64,000 nucleotides of DNA from Octopus vulgaris (lineage: Eukaryota): assembly GCA_951406725.2 (NCBI GenBank), contig OX597816.1, positions 80,538,001-80,602,000 of the forward strand. Reading direction: 5' to 3'. Shown in pieces: positions 54,700 to 64,000 of the stretch. Made by a program: the position numbers and the translations under genes. Every line of letters starts with the position of its first letter. Position 1 is the stretch's first letter. The notes beneath the pieces were generated by a model, which saw only the letters and a program-made list of their open reading frames with translations, was not told the DNA's origin and ran no database searches.

Positions 54700-55372
54700 G
54701 GAAGAACCATGTTTATTTGGATTTTTTTTTTTTTTCTGATAAATAATTGCATGAAAATTTTTGAAATTTGTTGGGTGATGCTTAAATCTTAACTCTTTGC
54801 AACGTGCTAATAAGGGCCGATTCAGAGGATTTTTGCACTGTGTTCTTGGAGAGCATTTACTACATTTACCCGTGTTTCCTTAATTCACTTTAGTCTTTTG
54901 AATAATACTTCTAATATACTCGCTTTGCTGCTGGTGTCGAGTTTTTCTTTACAGAAAATTTCAGATGTTCCACTATTTTCAGCTTTTGCATCTCTATGCA
55001 TGAATAATTCCTGACAAACCCTGGATGAATATTTGTATTGTTGAATGCCTGCTTTTAGAAATGTTGGAAAAACGTTCAGTATGTCAGTATGTCAATTGTA
55101 TGTCAACAAAACCATTACCAAAGGCCTACTTGATATTCTGTAGAGCTTCTGCGGCAGAGTGACCCAGTTTGTACTCATACGAGAAAATCACTTAACACAG
55201 TTTGGTTGTTATCATTTTCATAAGGTCTGTGGATACGAATTTTGTATACCAATATTGTTGGGAAAGAAAAAGAGTCAAGATTAAATGCAAGGTATACATA
55301 ATTGAGTTTTTAAATGACTGACTGAAATAACAGGTAATTAAAAATTCGACATTTCATGTGAAACAACCTAAT
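54700..55372 (-). mobile_element. mariner element relic (TIR + HTH N-terminus)
   Basis: Minus-strand end tattaggttgtttcacatgaaatgtcg is mariner-TIR-like. VIFSYEYKLGHSAAEALQNIK*AFGNGFVD (55191-55102) resembles the Hsmar1/SETMAR transposase N-terminus. Confidence 0.75.
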
Positions 55373-57263
55373 ATAATTAGATTCCATTGCTTTTCACATT
55401 AAATAGGTCACTTCACTTCCCTTATGAAATAGTACCTTATCTGAGATGAAATGGTACAGTAATGGAGATTTGAAGAGTTCGCAAATTTATCTATAATTAA
55501 ATCGCTTCAGAAATTTTTAGGATTCAGCAAAGGTTTTATTCTTATTAGTAATACGAGACATTAATATCATTATAATGCACTAAAAGAAAGATATGAATGA
55601 TATCCATAAATACAAAAATATCAGCCAAAATGTAATTGTGCGACACAATCCTTTTCAAAATTCAAATGTTTGTTCTAGTGTTGTCAGGATTTTGGTTCAC
55701 CTTATAAAGAGGAATTTGCCATAAACAAGGTGTTCCAAAAGTCACAAGTTTGCCTTTCTTAAACATTAGTTAATTGAAATAAAATTTCTTTTGTAGATAA
55801 TGAAAAAATAAAAATGTTTAGGTATGAATGTAAGTCTTCTTATTAGAGACTAGAGATTCCCATGGCACTCAGAAAAACGCCGCACATTATAATCTAAATA
55901 AAATTTGATTTTCTAAATAGATATCCTTTATGGAAGACATTAATTGTTTCAATACGTGCTGCTCTTTCACTCACATAAAATATATAAATTTTATTAAAGT
56001 ATATTTCAACACTTGCCTATAGTTTTCTATGAAGAATTATTGAACAAGCAATTCACTAACATATTTTACTTCGTACAAAAGGGATTTGTTATTTCCTGAA
56101 ATGCGGCTAGATAATTGCTTCAGCTATTGACACAAGGTTATATAATGAAAAGCTAAACTTACTCACGACCATAGAAAATACTATATCGCTCTCGAACATA
56201 GGCGTTAAGAAAAAGAGGAGAGAGTTTCTAGATATATCTCTTAATCTATCTGAGACAAATGTTTCCTCTTTTATAACAGCTTGAAACAATGAAACTTATG
56301 CCAAGTGAAGAAATTAATATCATAAACGACATCACACCGATAACAATAAAACAATAAAAGTAGAATTAGTCGCAACTTCTTAGCCACACTATGACAAGGA
56401 TTCAGAAAGTGAACATGTGACAACACACATTACGTGACGCAAATTAAATGTATAAAAATATGACACATTTCTATCCCACCAGTTTCTTTTAGATATTTAT
56501 TTTGTTTTGGTAACTAACAGCAGCAACAATGAAAATAAGGGTTAAATATTTTGAGGTGGGATGTTTCTAAAAGAACTCAGCATGTGTTAGGTGGATTCTA
56601 TTTCTCAAAGATTTTCTGCAGGAGCACTTGAACTGGTAACGAAAGACTCATCAAAAAAGACTGTTTGCAGAAGGAAGATACTGATGGTGGTGATGAAGAG
56701 TTAAAAGACAGAGAATCTATTGAATTCCTACGGGAGTTACTGCGAGCCCGTCAACTTGCTAGAAATAGCAGAAAACTATCCTTCAAATCACATTCTATCC
56801 TTTGGACACATAATAGACCCGTTGAAAAAGTAAAAAAGAAAATAACAAATCATCTTCACTGGAATACCTCTGATTACAGGTGTTCTTAATCAGAATTGAC
56901 CCTGGGACTCAGCAACAACTTAAGTGAAGTTGAATTGGATTGTTGTGATTTAAATGCATTTATTTACTATTGGCAGGATGCAATGCAGGTGACGCATCTT
57001 CGACACCTTTCCGATTCAATGATCTGCAGTTTCCCCACTAATGGAATACTAACTTCTATTTCATAATTCGAGAAATTGTCACTTGATACATCAATTCACT
57101 ACAAAATCCTCCATCATTTTCCACAGAGCGAGAGAAAAAAATATTATTAAAATAAACATATGAAGAAATTAGATACCAGCGATTTGACATTGTTATAACA
57201 GAAGAGAGATTTGTCACTCATGTTTAGCTGTTAACGCTGAAGACATGAATTCGATTTCAACTA

Positions 57264-57315
<52 letters not shown>

Positions 57316-57678
57316 AGGGAGAAGAGGAGGGAGAAGACAATCCATTCACAACATAAGGGATTTTGTTTTAATTTGTTTTAGTCAGCTGAGAATAATATCG
57401 GAGAAGGAAGGAAACAAACATTAATGGAGTTATTTATTCACGGTGCTATAATATAATAGTAATAATATCCATCGTAAGAATCAGTGATGCAATGATGCAT
57501 GGGCAATCTTTCGATCATAACTTTTAGTTTGTGTTTCGACAAGATTCAAATATGTTAATGGAAATGATAGTTATACAGTGTGAAGTAAAGAAGCACGAAG
57601 AGATACAGAATTTTTTTTATCAATTTGGCATTGGTGGCAGTGGAGGTAGTGGTGCGAATAGCGACGAGGGAACGACTA

Positions 57679-57726
<48 letters not shown>

Positions 57727-58832
57727 CAGCAGCAGCCTTTATTGCTTTATTTTTTTACATGGAAATGCAAACTATTTTCAGTGAAGAAGAAAAAGTGGAA
57801 GAAAAAAAGTTGATAGTTGTGTTGTTGTTAGAGCTATTGCTGATAGTGTTGTTTCGGTGTTGATGGCGGTTGTGGAGGTTGTATCAGCAGCAATAGTGGT
57901 GGTGAGGGATTACGGTATGCGGTGGAGAGGAGGGCAGCGGCAGCGGTGAAGAAAACGAAGACATAAGATGGGATGAACAATAAAAAAGATAAAAGATTAA
58001 AAAAAGAGAGCTAAGGGCATTGAATTGAAAATTGCCAGATACAACTTCACAACGCACGGTTTCATTGCGTCTCATTTCTCACCTTGACCAAATTCAAACG
58101 ATTAGTTGACAGGGAAAAATAATACTTGAAAAAGAACTTGTGAGATTTGGTCTATCATAATCCTTTTTAGATGTATTCATTTGTGAACAATAACCTCATT
58201 CTCATACTTGGGTCTCGTAAAGATAGTCAGTGATCTAATGTATTATATATTCCAGTTTAGATCCAACAAACGGCAGGTGTTTCGACACATTATTCTAGAA
58301 AGTCAAGGTTACATTAGCGAATGTAATGTGCAATACTTCTCGAGATATTTACAGTGAGTGTGCATGAACGTGTATGGCATGTTTACAAGCATAATGTATC
58401 AATAGATTTTAGCTAAAAACTCATGGAACAGGCAAACGTAAATATGTTTGTACTAAATACAATATTTTCCTGGGCAGATAAGGAGTGATACGCCAGTATC
58501 TTGGCTGTTCTTCTTTTTATCTCAACGAAGATATCGTGGTGAAGGTATTTGCATCTAACTATGACATATACCGTATACTATGCAACACAGTACATAACAC
58601 TACGTTAGACAATTGTTACTGCACCAGAAAAATACACGCACTTATACATAAATACATGCATACTTACACATATATATGGATATATATAAATATACATTTG
58701 CATGATATTGTCTAAATTCCGTTCCAAGACTTTATTTCTAAGTAGGAAGTCAGGCTTTTTCTATTTGTGAGAAATATATAACCTAGAACACACATATGCA
58801 TACCTGTGCGAGCACACACACACTAAAAAACA

Positions 58833-58878
<46 letters not shown>

Positions 58879-59069
58879 AACACAAACCAGCATATATGCA
58901 TAATTATACTTGCTTTTATAGATGATAACATGGCATATATATGACAACTCTGAAGTGCCTTTGTGTAAGTTACGGTGCTTTAGATTACTGAGTACATTTT
59001 CCTGAACTGTGATTCACTCAGAGGTTTTTATGCACAGATATATACAAACATACACACACATATACATAA

Positions 59070-59125
<56 letters not shown>

Positions 59126-59228
59126 GTATATGTGTATGTATGTTTGTATGTATGTATGTGTATATATATATATATATATGTATACATATACATATATATA
59201 TAGAGAGAGAGAGAGAGATATATAAACG

Positions 59229-59360
59229 TGAGTTGCTGTGTGGTAAGTAGCTTGCTTACTAATCACATGGTTCCGGCTTCAGTCCCACTGTGTGGCACCT
59301 TCGGCCGACCAAAGCTTTGTGAGTGGATTTGGTAGACGGAAATTGAAAAAAGCCCGTCGT
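59229..59360 (+). mobile_element. SINE family A, head plus deleted body
   Basis: gttgctgtgtggtaagtagcttgcttactaatcacatggttccggcttcagtcccactgtgtggcacc...tggatttggtagacggaaa. Confidence 0.8.
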
Positions 59361-59391
59361 ATATATGTACATATATATATATATACATTCA

Positions 59392-60115
59392 TACACAGGG
59401 TGTATATGATTTATGTTTATAAAAGAAAAACAGAAATATAATAACAGATAAAAACTTTATTTATCAAAAATTGATATGAAAATAAACGTTCTTTTCTATA
59501 ATGTTATTCAATAAAGCCACCTTCAGCTTCAACAACTGCTTGTATATGAAATCTGAATCATATATAGTCTTGAATCAAGCGGTCCTGGTTCAATTTGGAC
59601 ATTACTCTGACTATGGCAGCTTTCAAAGAATCTTTGGTGTCATGGGCGCGTTCATTGACTTCTCTCTTAATCACGCACCCCATGCAATAGTCCAATGGAT
59701 TGAAATCTGGGGAATTAGGAGGCCAAATATTAGGGGTTATATGATCATGAAAATGTTCTGCCATCCACTCCTGTGTTACTAGAGCTATGTGTGATAGTGC
59801 AGAGTCTTACTGAAACACATATGGCCTTCCATTGCACACTCTCAATCCAGGGCTTAACAATCATTTCCAGGACATCAATGTAGGCGGCAGAGTTATCTCT
59901 AAGGCCTTGTGGAAAGAAGTAAGGAGGCATCACATCTCCTTCTTTGCTGACAACCCATAAAACCATGACAGTTGCAGAAAATTTTGTATGCATAACACTT
60001 GGAACTTCATAAGGGTCTGCACATAACCATCTGTCATTTCTTCTGTTAACTTTTTGATCTTGGTCGAAGTTGTTTTCGTTTGAGAAAAACCAAAGCAAAT
60101 CTTCTGCTGGATTAC
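59392..60115 (-). mobile_element. Tc1/mariner maT-type (DD37D) transposase relic with one TIR
   Basis: FFSNENNF...NRRNDRW, then VFQ*DSALSH...WPPNSPDFNPLDY, with 37 residues between the second and third Asp by manual count. The terminus is TA-CA-CAGGGTG. Confidence 0.85.
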
Positions 60116-60179
60116 TTATCATCAAGGGCATTACTAACACAGTTTTAAAATCATTTCACAACTACCTCTTTTTTTCTAG

Positions 60180-61395
60180 TATCCCATAAACGTTTTACCC
60201 TCTCACACACCTGTGTAATAGTAGGCCTCTTCTTTCTTCCTGTTGGTGTCACTTCAAAATCTGAAGACTGCACCCACTTGCTCCACTCCATATTTATTGA
60301 TTGAAATATCTAAAGGCTATAAACTGGCTGGTTAGGCCACCTGAAATTATAGCTAACTGAGTCTTCAGTTCTCCAAGTTTCTCTTATGAGCTCGAAAGTG
60401 GCCCCAAACTAATAAAGCAGGTTCCTTTAATAGACTACCAGGACGCCTGGACCACCCTTTATCAAGTCACAATTTCATTCTTTCCTCATCCATCCAACCT
60501 TTTGTGTGGACATGAACATAATAGTCATTGGGTATCTTTTCTTTAGTCAGTGTCTTATAAAAAATTAAAGAAGGTGGTAGTTTTGTGTCACCAACGCAGC
60601 TTGCTAATACAACTGTGTAGTGTGTCCTTTCATGGCCACACGTTTTAACAGTTGGTTTTAGCACTCTTGGATTATAGCGACTTGTTTGAAGGCGCATCAA
60701 ATGTCAGAGTCTTCGTCCATATTCTTTTCTTGAATTAATGACATACCTTTGAAAATTTAGATATTTGATCTTCGTATTCAAGGGACATTTTTTGTGCTAT
60801 TCTTGTCCTAACCCCCAAACAGATGTTATTTCTGCTCATAAATCTGGAACATCATAATGTTGACCCTTTAAAATCATTGATATCTCTGTCCATTACTATA
60901 AGTCTTGAACAGTGCATAATCATTTTAGTGGATACTGAAAGGCCCGATCTTCCTTAGTCTAAAACCCATGCTTTTAATTTTTCTTCTAGATCTGACCACT
61001 TTACAATTCCCTTACAGAGTCAGTGTTTACTACGTTTAGCAGCTTTTAGCTGCTCTTCTTTTTCCCTCTAAGGAAACAAGAACAGCTGGGTTATGTATGT
61101 TGGGGAAGGAAGGGAGGGAGATGATGTGAGCTTCTCTAACTGCCGACGTATCGTAAGCAATTTTTCGTAAGTCTGTGATAACAGACAGTAATAATTCGGA
61201 TTGTTTTCAATATTTTATTATTAGTAACACAATTTACTGTAATAATTTGGCTTGTTTTCATTATTTTATTAATTGCAACAATTTTGGTGCTTAGGGAACT
61301 TACTCAGTATGCCTGTGCAGCTCCCTAACCTACGGCGCTCGATCTACCATCCGCAATACGGCCGCATTAGATGCAGGGCAATTTTTTAATACATT
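60180..61395 (-). mobile_element. pogo-family (POGK-like) transposase relic
   Basis: ORF 60467-60700 reads TCGHERTHYTVVLASCVGDTKLPPSLIF...VHVHTKGWMDEERMKL, a DDE_1 pogo signature. Flanking coding sequence is decayed and the boundaries are approximate. Confidence 0.8.
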
Positions 61396-63014
61396 TAATG
61401 CGTATATGATTTTAGCTAATTGTATTCTCTACTGAAGATTTTTAGTGGGTAGTAGTTAGTGACGAGAAACCAGTATTAATGCTCTAGATTTAAGTGATAA
61501 AAACGAACTGACTGAGATTTCAGCCTCTTTTGTATTAATTTACAGAATAAAAGAATTTATATTTGGTTATAACAGATGTCTGATTAAACCTTTAAGGAAA
61601 TGGACATTGGCATTGTTTGAATGAAAGAGCCCAATCACTTGAGCTTCACAAGAGAGGAATAACGTATGTATTGCGTATATTCACATTTCTTTTCATAGTG
61701 TACTATGTAAGGAGTAATGAATGATTTGACAGCATATTTAAATGAGTTCTCTGAGAGAACTATTATCATTTCTCTTTCTCTGCACACTTAGTTTAAAATA
61801 TAGACTATTCATAATTTTTATATTAGCAGTAGTATGATAACTTTCATAGAAATATTTCCATACACACTCAAGCACATATACATACATGCATATAATACAC
61901 ACACGGATAACTAGCTGTGGGCAGAATGGTGGAGAGAGAGAGCAAGATAGTTAATGGTTAACCTATTTATTTCCATGAACATTGCTGACCAAAGCTTTTT
62001 CGTGACTTTAGTTTACGTATGGAAGCATCAACTGCTGATAAAAAGCAAACTCTCCTAATGATGTAGTTTTTCAAATGGATTTCTACAACCTCAATTATAT
62101 TTGCAGACTTTGTAGTCTCGAAAGATTTTACTCTAAGACATACAGTAGTACTCTTTTATAATACAGGATTGGTGCAGGAATTCATTCTTATGGATGTAAG
62201 AATTATTGCAATTTTCGTACTGCATATAACTTCATACAAATCATATAATCTAACACTTCCCTTCCCCGCACGTCAACTCCAAATTTCTCTACAACACACA
62301 GGTTATGATTCACAAATTAACCAGCAGGTATTCAAACTAAACATTCATCCGTATCGATCCCACCAATCTCGGACGGACTGCAAAAGTCAGGGGCATTGTC
62401 CCTTCTTTTTGAGTAAGCCATAAAAAATAATAAACAGAAAGTAAATGCTATCATCAATTCAAAACACCAATGCCGACAATCTTTTGATACGTTAGAGTAG
62501 AGAACCATATCAATAAAAGATTTCGACTAAATTTACATTGCAGATATGATTTTGTGGAAACGTTGATAGTAAATAATAATTTCTTCCTGCTAATGTTATC
62601 CAAACAGCAAACATGTAATAGAGAACGTGATATACTGATGAATCTGAAGATTGGAAATATGTACATCGCAAATGTAGAATTAGCGATACACATAAAATTG
62701 GTAGTTTTCTTTTAACGTAACTCAATAGATTAAAAATGGACACATGTGCGTGGATGCATGTATGCATAATTATGTATGTATGTATATGTGTATGTATGTT
62801 TGTATGCATGTACGTATGTTTGCGTTGATGGATGGAAGTTTTAGACGAGAAAGGAAGCGATACATTTGTGAAAAAAGTATGTATGTGTGCTTGTAAATGC
62901 ATCGGAAATTCTCAAACTCATTGCACGTACTTTTGTATGCATATATGCGTGCATATTACATACATACACAATATGTGTGTTTCTGTATGCAATATTCATG
63001 TGTGTGTGTGTGTG

Positions 63015-63057
<43 letters not shown>

Positions 63058-63939
63058 CAACTGTTTGTATGTATGTCATATGCATGTGTGTGTGTGTGTT
63101 TATGCGTGTGATCAGATTATAGTTCGTTTGTAACACTAAAGTTCACAATTTCATGTTAATCAATGTTTCTAGCCAAATTTTAAAGATATGAAACATTGGC
63201 TTCTGACTTGCCCTTTGTTACAGAGATTGTCTTATGCGTATACAGATTTTCGTCAGAGTTTGTGCATTTGAGCCAAATCGCATCTATTGTGTGCCGCAGC
63301 ACAAAGCTACAATAAACATACAACATACACTACAACAGTAAATCAGATGAGGTTTGAACACTAATGCACTAACAATCAGGTGCCGGAGAGAAAGCTTATT
63401 ATCATAAGTTATCATTTATATAAAGACCAATGGTAATATTTATCCACACTTAAACATGGATGTTCAACTGGAACAAACTTACTGCGATAAACAGAACATT
63501 TAAATGTGTGTAAATATTACCTCTCTGTATAGTTCCTCTGTCGTTGATATATATTTTTCAAAAAGGCCAAAGTAAAAGCCAAAACTATTTCTCATCCAGT
63601 AGATGAATTTGGGAAATATTATTCCAAACGATGCACGATATGTCCCTTTACTTATATATATTTCCACCCCGACATATATATATATATATATTTATATATA
63701 TATTTAATTTAAGGTCATGTATTAAAGCACTACTAATAGTTTCATATGTTGAGAAAAATCAAACATATTTTTCAGGTGCAAACCATATATCACTATTTTT
63801 AAAATTTTAGTTTGCTTTTCATTTCCCCTTTATCGTTTTCCGTTGTTTTTCTATCTGCGTTTTCTATATGGTGTCTTGTCAATTTTTTCCCGTTTCTTCT
63901 GTTATTCAATTTCTTGAGTTAGTTATGGCAAGTGCTTCC

Positions 63940-63990
63940 CGCCTGAAGAATATGTTTGAGCTTTCTCAACATATTAAACTATTAGTAGCG
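63940..63990 (+). ncRNA. Hammerhead ribozyme motif, canonical core with G12->U change
   Basis: cgc-CTGAAGA-atatgtt(t)gag cttt ctcaacatat-TAAA-ct att ag-TA-gcg. Stem II is 10 bp, stems I and III are 3 bp each, and the GUA site is present. Confidence 0.65.
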
Positions 63991-64000
63991 CTTTGATACA

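Noticed and set aside
57270-58100. Promoter or first-exon-like region with (GA)n, (GTA)n and a minus-strand AG|GTGAG at ~58081
   Set aside because: Low-complexity composition and a lone donor motif are not enough without transcript data.
62627-62669. CTGATGA...GAAATATGTA hammerhead-like motif
   Set aside because: Stems I and II are each out of register by about 2 nt; too degenerate to call.

Overview
AT-rich eukaryotic (animal) DNA that reads as intronic or intergenic. No intact cellular protein-coding gene can be supported, and nearly all ORF-track entries are translations of microsatellites. The repeat content (dense (TA)n/(CA)n/(AAT)n/(TACA)n tracts, several tRNA-derived SINE families, Dong/R4 LINEs, Penelope remnants) resembles an octopus/cephalopod genome; this is an inference from recall, not a database result. 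The main element is a young, 5'-truncated R4/Dong-type non-LTR retrotransposon (RT + CCHC + RLE, 14637-17050) inserted in an (AAT)n tract and followed by a second, divergent Dong-type 3' fragment. Relics of Penelope (GIY-YIG), CR1-like, L1/Tx1-like ORF1, mariner, maT (DD37D), pogo and hAT-MITE elements are also present. Two non-coding signals stand out. (1) A set of minimal hammerhead-ribozyme motifs in Penelope-type repeats shows different 3-8 core pairs (C3-G8, G3-C8, U3-A8). (2) A ~170 bp long-range inverted repeat with a ~96% identical core (39257-39426 / 42550-42718) encloses a head-to-head SINE hairpin and an AG|GT recursive-splice-like site. Relic and SINE boundaries are approximate and were read by eye.
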